Source: Bdellovibrionota bacterium
GTDB lineage: Bacteria; Bdellovibrionota; UBA1018; UBA923
Direction of reading: 5' to 3'
Assembly (NCBI GenBank): GCA_040754655.1
Contig: JBFMCE010000010.1
Location: forward strand, 1 to 54,083
Length of the DNA: 54,083 nucleotides
Of this stretch, positions 1-7,838 are shown piece by piece; the stretch's first letter is position 1, and each line of letters opens with the position of its first letter. The position numbers were made by a program, and so were the translations under genes. The notes below the pieces were generated by a model. It worked only from the letters and a program-made list of their open reading frames with translations, searched no databases and was not told the origin of the DNA.

Positions 1-2
1 TC

Positions 3-452
3 GACGTCATTTTAAAGCAACGGCATGACGAAATACCGAACCTCGTCAGCGTCTGTGAGCAGTTCGCTGGCTTTGAACGCGGAACCTTAGACCGCCTCAT
101 GAAAGCCAGACAGAATTATGGTTTAGCCACAGGCATCAACGAGAAGGTGAAAACCGCCCACGAAGTCAGCCGAGCCCTGGGAAGGATCTTTGCCTTAAGC
201 GAAGCTTATCCAGAGCTCAAATCAAGCGAACAGTTCTCGCACCTCCAAAAACGCATCTCGCAACTCGAAGATCAGATCGCCGATAGGCGCGAGCTTTTCA
301 ATGAAACCGTCACTAACTTCAATACGCGCTGCCAACAATTCCCAGACCTCTTTTTCACTCGCATTCTAGGCTATGGCCCGATGGAGCTTTTCAAGGTTGA
401 GTCTTTCGAAAAAGAAATGCCGAAAGTTAAAATGAGACTGCCCGCAGCCTAA
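3..452 (+). CDS. lemA: LemA family protein (5'-truncated by window edge)
   Basis: Frame is open from nt 3: DVILKQRHDEIPNLV..., then ALSEAYPELKS, QLEDQIADRRELFNETV and QQFP, all typical LemA motifs. Confidence 0.9.
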   Translation, partial: DVILKQRHDEIPNLVSVCEQFAGFERGTLDRLMKARQNYGLATGINEKVKTAHEVSRALGRIFALSEAYPELKSSEQFSHLQKRISQLEDQIADRRELFNETVTNFNTRCQQFPDLFFTRILGYGPMELFKVESFEKEMPKVKMRLPAA

Positions 453-467
453 AGGGTCTAAAGCGCG

Positions 468-1457
468 ATGGCGAATCAGAAGGCGGAACTTCTTAAACTT
501 GGAATTTTCCTTTCGGTAATGGCAGCAGGCCTTTTGCGGAGCGGATTCAAACGCATGGCCCAGACACGAAAGGTGCTCGACGCGGGCTCAGTCCCGATCG
601 CCTCAGCGCCTCAAGGGTTCGTTGAAATCCAAGGGCACGCATGGCCCGGCAATCCGCTCTACAGTTACATTGAGGGCAAACCTTCGGTTTACGTGAGCCT
701 TCTCGTGCAAGAAAAAGTAAGATCCGGCAAACGCTCGCACTGGAAAACGATCTTCAGGGATGATTCGGTAGAGCCGTTTTTCTTGGCCGACGAAACCGGT
801 CACGCCGTGATCTACCCCGATAAGGCTAGGTTCGAGGTCAGCTCAACAGAGATGAGCTGGGGCCAGTTAAACTCTCTCCAGAGAGAACGCGTGCAAGAGG
901 CAGTGCGAAAAATGGATCCTAACTTTCGTTCTGGCGATGAAAACTGGATTTTCAAAAAAACTCTCCGCGTGAAGGAGCAAGTCATTGCGGCTGGCGCGCC
1001 TCTGTACGCATTGGGGCATTTTCAAACCATGAACTCAAATACCCTTCCGCGTCCGGCCGTGGGTCTAGGACTGTTTTTCTCTCACCTCGCGAAGCTTCGC
1101 AAGAATCCAAACGCGCTTCGATCTGCCTTTGACTTTAATCGGGATGGAACGGTTTCTTTTGAAGAATGGTATCGAGGGTATGCTTCCGTAGCGGAAGCCA
1201 CGACCGGAGGGTTCGCCGGCAATACGCCCCTTGTTCTGCCTGCGGGCATGCAGAACACCAATTCGTGTTTTGGCGTCTTAGCCCACACAAATTTGCACGA
1301 ACTCTATCTTGCCGACTGCCATCAGGACGAGCTTGTCCGCCGCATCGGTTCTTACAACCTCTTGCGTCTAGTTGGAGGAGCTCTTTTATGCGCAATCGCT
1401 GCCATTCTGATTTATGCCCAATTTAACCCCGCCTTATTGAGCAATTTTAATATGTAA
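468..1457 (+). CDS. GIDE-like domain membrane protein with an EF-hand loop, LemA-associated
   Basis: N- and C-terminal TM helices; SVPIASAPQGFVEIQG and PFFLADETG resemble GIDE domains; canonical EF-hand loop DFNRDGTVSFEE. Confidence 0.6.
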   Translation: MANQKAELLKLGIFLSVMAAGLLRSGFKRMAQTRKVLDAGSVPIASAPQGFVEIQGHAWPGNPLYSYIEGKPSVYVSLLVQEKVRSGKRSHWKTIFRDDSVEPFFLADETGHAVIYPDKARFEVSSTEMSWGQLNSLQRERVQEAVRKMDPNFRSGDENWIFKKTLRVKEQVIAAGAPLYALGHFQTMNSNTLPRPAVGLGLFFSHLAKLRKNPNALRSAFDFNRDGTVSFEEWYRGYASVAEATTGGFAGNTPLVLPAGMQNTNSCFGVLAHTNLHELYLADCHQDELVRRIGSYNLLRLVGGALLCAIAAILIYAQFNPALLSNFNM

Positions 1458-1476
1458 TTTCAAAAACTTACGAGCC

Positions 1477-1505
1477 TTGCTAATTCTTGACTAATTCAGT
1501 AGTAT
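1477..1505 (+). promoter_or_regulatory. Putative sigma70 promoter for the SLT-PilZ pair
   Basis: TTGCTA-N17-TAGTAT, followed by inverted repeat AGTTAA-N6-TTAACT (1509-1526). Confidence 0.4.
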
Positions 1506-1539
1506 AAAAGTTAATAAGACTTAACTATGTCCTTTCAGG

Positions 1540-2670
1540 ATGGAAGGAGCGTCTCAAGTGATCATCGGCAACAAGACTTCTCTCAGATTTCTCACCATAG
1601 ACCTGCTCGTAATCTTGCTCTGTTACGGATGCGCTGGCCCGACGACTCCGCTCGGCGCTCCCTGGGCCACAAGCTCAGCGGACGTGACCAATGGGCCGCT
1701 TTCTTTCATGGCGAGCATTTTCAAGACATCCGAGACTCATATTCGATTCCAACCCTCAAGGCAGGTTTTGCACGGGGCAGCGCCGATGAAAATCATCATC
1801 GAAGACCTCTCTGGCATCAAACCCAACTACAGGCTTGTCGTAAGACACAATGGGCTTGATGTGACGTCGAGCTTTCTCAAACAATCCGAGACCATCTATC
1901 AAGACGGCGGCAGGCGCCTCGTGGTCAAGGTGCCCGTGGTAAGGCTTTCAGCTAAGAAAGACCACTTAATCGAAGTGGTTTATGGCGGGCAATCAAACTT
2001 CACCGCGTATTCAAGGTACGACGTTCCTGAGTGCAGCGCCTTCGGAAACTCAAAGACACTCATCTCTACCGATGGTTTCAAGCCAGATCCCTATTTGCTT
2101 GGGCTCATTGAAGAAAGCTCGAAGCAGATGGGAGTCTCGCCGACTCTAACGGCTGCGCTAGTCGCTCAAGAATCAGGCTTTGATCCTCACACCGTAAGCT
2201 GGGCAAAAGCGATCGGCCTCACCCAAATCACCCCGATCGCTGAGGATGAGATCTTGAAAACCTATGCGCAGTGGCCGCGCTACCCGGGTCTGAATACAAT
2301 GCCCGCACCTTGGGTGAAACTGATGGTGCTCAGCCGTCAGGCCAATGAGGAAAACGAGTGGCGTTTAGATGCCAGGCGCTCTTTGCAGGGAGGGCTTGTC
2401 TTCTTGCAGCTCTTGTCTGAGCGTTGGTCTACGAAAGAAAATCAACAACGCATCAAAGAGCTCTTCAACAATCCCGAGGTCGCGCACTCACGGCTCGTGC
2501 TAGCGAGCTACAATTCGGGGTATTCGCGCGTTTGGTCAGCGCTTAACCGTCACGGCGTCAACTGGATCGCCGCGCCTGAATTGAAAGAGGCGCGCAACTA
2601 CGTGAATCGCGTCTTCAGTTACTGCCATCATTTCTCAGAAGCCGAGGTGATTTATGAAAGTGAGACCTAA
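1540..2670 (+). CDS. Lytic transglycosylase (SLT domain) protein, probable lipoprotein
   Basis: ALVAQESGF (catalytic Glu), AIGLTQI, LASYNSG and EARNYV SLT motifs; LLCYGC lipobox-like segment. Confidence 0.8.
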   Translation: MEGASQVIIGNKTSLRFLTIDLLVILLCYGCAGPTTPLGAPWATSSADVTNGPLSFMASIFKTSETHIRFQPSRQVLHGAAPMKIIIEDLSGIKPNYRLVVRHNGLDVTSSFLKQSETIYQDGGRRLVVKVPVVRLSAKKDHLIEVVYGGQSNFTAYSRYDVPECSAFGNSKTLISTDGFKPDPYLLGLIEESSKQMGVSPTLTAALVAQESGFDPHTVSWAKAIGLTQITPIAEDEILKTYAQWPRYPGLNTMPAPWVKLMVLSRQANEENEWRLDARRSLQGGLVFLQLLSERWSTKENQQRIKELFNNPEVAHSRLVLASYNSGYSRVWSALNRHGVNWIAAPELKEARNYVNRVFSYCHHFSEAEVIYESET

Positions 2671-3451
2671 GAGACTGACCCTGGTGGCTCTATTCTTATT
2701 GGGCATTGGTTTGTCGTTTCCCGTTCAAATCATGCTTCTCTACGGGCACACGCCTCTTGAGATCCCTGCGATCGCGGCGAAGTTCCCTCCGCTCAACTGG
2801 CTCGTGATGTGCCTCTCGGTAATGAGCGCATTCTTGGTTTACCGGGCTTCTCCCTGGATGATCGCCGCAATCCCGGTGCTCACCACTGCGGTACTTCACA
2901 ACAACTGGCTCGTTGCCGAGATCGGCTCCGACTACCCGCCTTTTCTCGTCGGAACCGCCACTGGCGTGTTCTTGCTGATGATGGGGATGTTGATGAGCAA
3001 AGAGATCCGGGCGCTGATCGTGAACCCTCACTTGAGATGGTGGTATACGCCAAGGCGTTTTCGCACCGAATTGCCCGTAAGACTGCGGGTCTTAGGGAAG
3101 AACCCTTTTCAACTCACCGCACGCTCTCAACGTGAATTTTCAACAGCGACCTATGACCTGTCAGAACAGGGCGTCTTCGTTTTACCGCCCGAGGATATGC
3201 AGGCTGAACTTGCAAACCTAAACGAAGGCGCGGTTTGCAGCATCAAAGTCTCATTCCAGAAATTCAGGGTGCTTGAATGCCAAGCACAAGTTGTGCGCAT
3301 CAGCCAAGGGCATGGCGGTTACCCGCCAGGATTCGGACTGCGCTTCTTGGGCATGAGCGCTCAGAAGAAACGCCTCTTGCACGAGTACCTCAAACAGATC
3401 TCCCACTTGCCGTCAGAAACCCGCAAACCAGATGCCCAAGCGGCAGCCTAA
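2654..3451 (+). CDS. Membrane-anchored PilZ domain protein
   Basis: About four TM helices, then RWWYTPRRFR, DLSEQG (D/NxSxxG), AQVVR and GFGLRF. Confidence 0.8.
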   Translation: MKVRPKRLTLVALFLLGIGLSFPVQIMLLYGHTPLEIPAIAAKFPPLNWLVMCLSVMSAFLVYRASPWMIAAIPVLTTAVLHNNWLVAEIGSDYPPFLVGTATGVFLLMMGMLMSKEIRALIVNPHLRWWYTPRRFRTELPVRLRVLGKNPFQLTARSQREFSTATYDLSEQGVFVLPPEDMQAELANLNEGAVCSIKVSFQKFRVLECQAQVVRISQGHGGYPPGFGLRFLGMSAQKKRLLHEYLKQISHLPSETRKPDAQAAA

Positions 3452-3489
3452 CGAAGGTCTGAAGGATCTCTTGCGCATGCATGCCTTTC

Positions 3490-4395
3490 TCACTCAGTAA
3501 GCCGAACCAACAAAGGGCAATGGTCCGAGATCCGCTTATTGTACTGCGCAAGCCTTAGAGCATCCTCTTCACGGTCCTTAGCGCGATTGCATGGGCCCAA
3601 GACCGAAGCCCCTCCCTTCCAACGATAACCTTTGCTCACCCACATTTGATCAAAACGATTGTAAAACCGCTGATTATTAAAGGTGTATCGATAAGCGTGT
3701 TGCACTCGCTCAAGCCCTAACTCGTCAAAGATCGATGAGAAGATTTCCTCCTCATCCCTTCCTGCATTCGTAAAGGTGTTGAAATCGCCAACAATGATCT
3801 GGGGTAAGCCATCTGAAATGCGCTTCAAGTGCGAAGCAATGATTTCAACCTGTTTAAGACGAGTCTCAAAGCGCTCTGGAGAAGCTTTCAGGTGCACGGC
3901 CACAAGGTGGGCGATGGGTCGCTGCTCTTCATCTCGCAACACCCCCCAAACAGCCGGACGCAAGAAACCCATCGCAACCTCTTCCATGACGTAATCATCG
4001 TCATTCTGCTCCCTAGAGAATGACCAGTCTCGGCGGTAGCAAACCACGACATGCTGGTGTTTCTTATTTTCATGGGAGTAGCTGCGGCATTTGTGACTAG
4101 CTCCGATGAGTCGATTCTTAAGGCGCTCAACATCAACCACTTCTTGAAAAACCAGCACGTCTGAATGAGAGAGCTTTTTCTTGATGAACTGTCTCATGTC
4201 AGAGTCTCTAGGTTCTTTTCCTATCTTTCCCTCTTTATAGCCGCCGATGCCGTACCACTTGAGATTAAAACTTGCGATCACGAGCTCTCGGGCGTGCGCC
4301 GAAGATCCAACCAATCCAAAAACAACGATCGCAGCGAAAAAATACCTTGTTTTTAAAGCCCATTTTTCGAACTTGCCCACTATCAACCCTCGCAT
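3490..4395 (-). CDS. Secreted endonuclease/exonuclease/phosphatase (EEP) family protein
   Basis: SFNL, FQEV, HLKA, GDFN, FDQMW and SDHCP motifs; signal-peptide-like N-terminus; start uncertain (4416 or 4395). Confidence 0.85.
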   Translation of the reverse strand: MRGLIVGKFEKWALKTRYFFAAIVVFGLVGSSAHARELVIASFNLKWYGIGGYKEGKIGKEPRDSDMRQFIKKKLSHSDVLVFQEVVDVERLKNRLIGASHKCRSYSHENKKHQHVVVCYRRDWSFSREQNDDDYVMEEVAMGFLRPAVWGVLRDEEQRPIAHLVAVHLKASPERFETRLKQVEIIASHLKRISDGLPQIIVGDFNTFTNAGRDEEEIFSSIFDELGLERVQHAYRYTFNNQRFYNRFDQMWVSKGYRWKGGASVLGPCNRAKDREEDALRLAQYNKRISDHCPLLVRLTE

Positions 4396-4624
4396 ATTGC
4401 CCCCTTCTTCCTTCAATTGAGCACAAAGGTAAAGGGACTCTTCTTATTCTGATAATAGATAATTCGAATGTGTACCATTCCTTAAAGGAATGCAGCAACA
4501 CGACGTAATTAAAAGGCTTTATACACATTGATTCATTGCGCCATAAAGAGGTATCCTAGAAGGTATCCGCGCAAGAGATGTCAAATTGAACGTGTCACGG
4601 TTTTAAGAGAGGTACGTTTGTTCT

Positions 4625-4765
4625 ATGAAGACACACTTCGTTTCGAATGCCAATCAACGCGCACACAACTCCGTTACAGCTGAAAAACCCGCATTCTGGT
4701 TGGGTTACGGATCAATCTTGGCCGCGGCTCTCTTGTTCACGCTGATCAGCATCGTATTGAACTAA
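4625..4765 (+). CDS. Small 46-aa single-pass membrane protein (not in the ORF track)
   Basis: ATG at 4625 to TAA at 4765: MKTHFVSNANQRAHNSVTAEKPAFWLGYGSILAAALLFTLISIVLN; GAGAGG upstream; fills an otherwise empty gap. Confidence 0.55.
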   Translation: MKTHFVSNANQRAHNSVTAEKPAFWLGYGSILAAALLFTLISIVLN

Positions 4766-4772
4766 GATGCCC

Positions 4773-5621
4773 TCATGGCTCGCCGGCGCGCCTCACATCA
4801 CGCAAGATTCCACATTCGATCCAGTCTTGAAACCAGCCCATCAGTGGAGGCGGTTCTTGACCTGGCGAAAGAAGGCCCGCAAGCTTCTCACAAATCGTGC
4901 CTAACGAAAACCCAGCTTGTGCCATCGCGAGTACTTCAAATGCCAGGGGTTCTAACCGTTCAAAAGTCGCATTGAAGTTTCGGCGGTACACCACCAAACG
5001 GCACTGGTCTTCCTTGGCCTGCTCTAGATCGAGCTCTTCAAGCTCCCAAAGCTCATCGATCGACCACGATGAACGAAACAACCGCACCGACGAATCGAGC
5101 GCTAGCGTTGCACCCGCCCAATCGTCCTCACTCATTTTGGCGAGCTTCCCTCGGTCAAACCCTGGCAGGTCATGCGCGTAGATTGAGAGATAACAGAGCC
5201 ACTCAAGCTGCGCGAGATCAGCCAACCAAGGCATCTCGTTGGTGGTCTCAGAATATCTCAAGAATCGAGGGAAGTGCTCTCCCACATCATCAATTGAAAA
5301 TGTTTTTGACGGGTGTTTTGACAGGTATTCCGCCACCAGGCTTCGAAACACATGGGGCCCGATTAAACGGTGCACCACCTCGAAGTCAGAGGCCATGCAC
5401 TCAAGCAACCGCATGAAATACCCGTTGGCATAAATATCAAGCCGCTTCTCGCGCGAAAGAGGAGCTTGGTCCACGATGAATTCCAGGCAGCCCTTCGTCC
5501 CATTGCGTTTGTCTTCTTCGAGCGCTTCAAAAACGCCCTTAGGCTGGGTGAGCACCCGCCGCATCCACGACTGCAGTTCGTTCAAACGGGGTGGGGGCTG
5601 GATTGCGGTCTTGTTTTGCAC
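4773..5621 (-). CDS. DUF2063-type MNIO partner protein (BufC/HvfC-like)
   Basis: RLDIYANGYFMRL, FRSLVAEYL..HP and LADLAQLEW motifs; GTG start with AGGAG RBS; directly follows DUF692. Confidence 0.85.
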   Translation of the reverse strand: MQNKTAIQPPPRLNELQSWMRRVLTQPKGVFEALEEDKRNGTKGCLEFIVDQAPLSREKRLDIYANGYFMRLLECMASDFEVVHRLIGPHVFRSLVAEYLSKHPSKTFSIDDVGEHFPRFLRYSETTNEMPWLADLAQLEWLCYLSIYAHDLPGFDRGKLAKMSEDDWAGATLALDSSVRLFRSSWSIDELWELEELDLEQAKEDQCRLVVYRRNFNATFERLEPLAFEVLAMAQAGFSLGTICEKLAGLLSPGQEPPPLMGWFQDWIECGILRDVRRAGEP

Positions 5622-6468
5622 GAAATGTCTCCTGGTGAATCTGGCGCGCGCGATCTAATTCCTGCTCAAGCGACTCAAGCGCCGGGATATCGGCATCGCG
5701 TTCGATCATCGTCGAAACCGGGCCGAAAGAGCGCGTCACCCACTCGTAAAGTCGCCATACCTCGTCGCATACCGGATGGTCATGCGTATCAATCAAATAA
5801 GTTTTACCCTCGGGCGTCTTCCGGGTTGAATGCCCGGCCAGATGAACCTGCCCCACCCGCTCTCGAGGCATCGAGCCAAGATACTCGAGCGGATCAAAAC
5901 CATGATTGATGGCGCTGACGTACACATTGTTCACGTCAAGCAAGAGGCCGCAATCCGCGCGTTTGGAAATTTCTGCCAAGAATTCCCACTCGGTCATTTC
6001 AGAATGCGCGTAGGTCAGGTAACTCGAGACGTTTTCAAGCAGGATGCGGCGCTTTAAAAAATCTTGCGCCTGGCTCACGCGTGCCACCACATGATCAACG
6101 GCCTCGCGGGTGTAAGGCAGCGGCAAGAGATCATGAAGGTTCACGCCCTCGACACCCGTCCAACAGAGATGGTCTGACACGATTGCAGGCTCGAACCTAT
6201 CGACAAGCGCCTTCAGCTTCTTCAAATAATCTTTTTTAAGAGGATCTACTGAACCAATTGAGAGTGAAACACCATGAAATGCGAGCTGAGCCTGAGAACG
6301 AATCTTTTCAAGGACGTAATGAGGGCGCCCGCCTTCTCCCATGAAGTTTTCTGAGACAATCTCAAACCATGAAAGAGACGGACGCCCTTCAAGGACTTGC
6401 GCGAAATGGTCTGGCCGTAAACCTAACCCGAACCCCAGGTCTGGAAAGAGCACTGCTGGCTTCGCCAT
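5539..6468 (-). CDS. DUF692 family multinuclear non-heme iron oxidative enzyme (MNIO, BufB/HvfB-like)
   Basis: GLGLR, EIVSENF, HGVSLSIG, SDHLCW, LLENVSSY, LLDVNN, HLAGH, IDTHD and IERD motifs. Confidence 0.95.
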   Translation of the reverse strand: MAKPAVLFPDLGFGLGLRPDHFAQVLEGRPSLSWFEIVSENFMGEGGRPHYVLEKIRSQAQLAFHGVSLSIGSVDPLKKDYLKKLKALVDRFEPAIVSDHLCWTGVEGVNLHDLLPLPYTREAVDHVVARVSQAQDFLKRRILLENVSSYLTYAHSEMTEWEFLAEISKRADCGLLLDVNNVYVSAINHGFDPLEYLGSMPRERVGQVHLAGHSTRKTPEGKTYLIDTHDHPVCDEVWRLYEWVTRSFGPVSTMIERDADIPALESLEQELDRARQIHQETFRAKQDRNPAPTPFERTAVVDAAGAHPA

Positions 6469-6481
6469 CGCGCCTTAAACC

Positions 6482-6685
6482 TTAATTACTCGTGGTGCCG
6501 CCGTCTTCGTTCTTCTTTTCTTCTGCTTCATGATGGCCTTTGCAACTGCCTTCTTTGCACTTCGCGTTCTTTTCATGCTTTTTCTTGTCATGGTTTTTTG
6601 CCATTCCGGGTGTTGCGCTTACTGCTGCAACGCCAGTCACAACCATGCCTGCTACCACCGCTGTAAGAAGTTTCTTCTTATCCAT
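6482..6685 (-). CDS. Small secreted Cys/His/Lys-rich peptide, candidate MNIO precursor
   Basis: Sec-type signal peptide, core KCKEGSCKGHH, strong AAGGAG RBS, ends 13 nt before DUF692. Confidence 0.75.
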   Translation of the reverse strand: MDKKKLLTAVVAGMVVTGVAAVSATPGMAKNHDKKKHEKNAKCKEGSCKGHHEAEEKKNEDGGTTSN

Positions 6686-6785
6686 TGAATGTCTCCTTGA
6701 AGAACTTTAGAAAGTTCTGTCTTCTCTCGTACTGCCTGACTTACGCACGATCCGGGTGCGCACCGGCTCTTACTACAAGCGATCC

Positions 6786-7121
6786 CTATGATTTCTGCCG
6801 AGCCTTCTTTGTCTTGCTCTTCTTGGCCTTCATCGCAGCCTGCACTTTTGCCTTAAGGGCATCGCACTCAGCTTGATTCGCTGTCGTGACCCAGCCCTTG
6901 CCCATGCACTGATTATTGCCTGCGCATGAATAGCCCGGGCCACCACAGTCGCCCTTGGCTTTGCACATATTGCCGCCATGGCACTCGACAGAACCCTTCG
7001 CACTTGAAGCGTCCGTCGCAGCCGCTGAAGTTTCGGTCTTTTCATTATGAGAGCAGGCTCCCACTCCGAAAGCCACCAGGCCTGCAACGACGCTCTTCAA
7101 CAACACGTTTGACGGTTTCAT
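6786..7121 (-). CDS. Bufferin (BufA2-like) precursor, predicted lipoprotein
   Basis: ECHGGNMCKAKGDCGGPGYSCAGNNQCMGKGW...EC six-Cys pattern; VGAC lipobox; ATG at 7121 preferred over 7175. Confidence 0.8.
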   Translation of the reverse strand: MKPSNVLLKSVVAGLVAFGVGACSHNEKTETSAAATDASSAKGSVECHGGNMCKAKGDCGGPGYSCAGNNQCMGKGWVTTANQAECDALKAKVQAAMKAKKSKTKKARQKS

Positions 7122-7128
7122 CGATGGC

Positions 7129-7746
7129 TCAGTTCTTCGAAAGTTTCGTGGCTTTCGCGTTGCCCTCAATCTCAAGATTGATGGTCACCTCTTCACCCAC
7201 GACCAAGCCGCCCTTGTCGAGGCTCTTGTTCCAAGTCATCCCGTAATCTTTGCGGTTCACTTTCGTTTCACCTGTGAACACGGCTTTCTTGTTTCCCCAA
7301 GGATCTGTGACCTCGCCCTTGTGCTCTACCTCTAAGATCACGTCTTTTGAAACCCCGTGCATCGTGAGCACGCCATGCACCTTGGCTTTTTCGTCATCGA
7401 CATCGGTGACCTTGGTGCTCTTAAAGGTGATTTCCTTGAATTTCTTAACGTCGAAGAAGTCTGGGTTGCGCAAGTGATCGTCACGCTTCTTGTCATTGGT
7501 ATCAATGCTGGCGGGATCAATCGTGACAAGCGTCTTCCAGGCCTCTGGTTTGTCTTTTTCCCACGCAAACGTTCCTTTGAACTTCTTGAATGTGCCTTTG
7601 ACCGTTGAAATACCAAGGTGCGCAACGCTAAAAGTCACGCTTGAGTGCGAAGAATCGATTTCATACTCGGTGCAAAGCGCGAGCGAGGGAAGCGAAATTA
7701 CCAAAGCTTGAATGGTCCAGATCTTTAACCACTGAAAACGCGTCAT
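7129..7746 (-). CDS. yceI: YceI family lipid/polyisoprenoid-binding protein
   Basis: YEIDSSHSSVTF, SIDTNDKKRDDHLR..DFFD, GVLTMHGVSK, DPWG and NRKDYG motifs. Confidence 0.92.
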   Translation of the reverse strand: MTRFQWLKIWTIQALVISLPSLALCTEYEIDSSHSSVTFSVAHLGISTVKGTFKKFKGTFAWEKDKPEAWKTLVTIDPASIDTNDKKRDDHLRNPDFFDVKKFKEITFKSTKVTDVDDEKAKVHGVLTMHGVSKDVILEVEHKGEVTDPWGNKKAVFTGETKVNRKDYGMTWNKSLDKGGLVVGEEVTINLEIEGNAKATKLSKN

Positions 7747-7838
7747 AGTTTCTCCTTAAATGTTTTTTCAGGGTATCTAAAACATGGAGCTTGTCTATGA
7801 GATTTTGATCTGAAAATTAAAACGCTTTTCGCGGTGGG

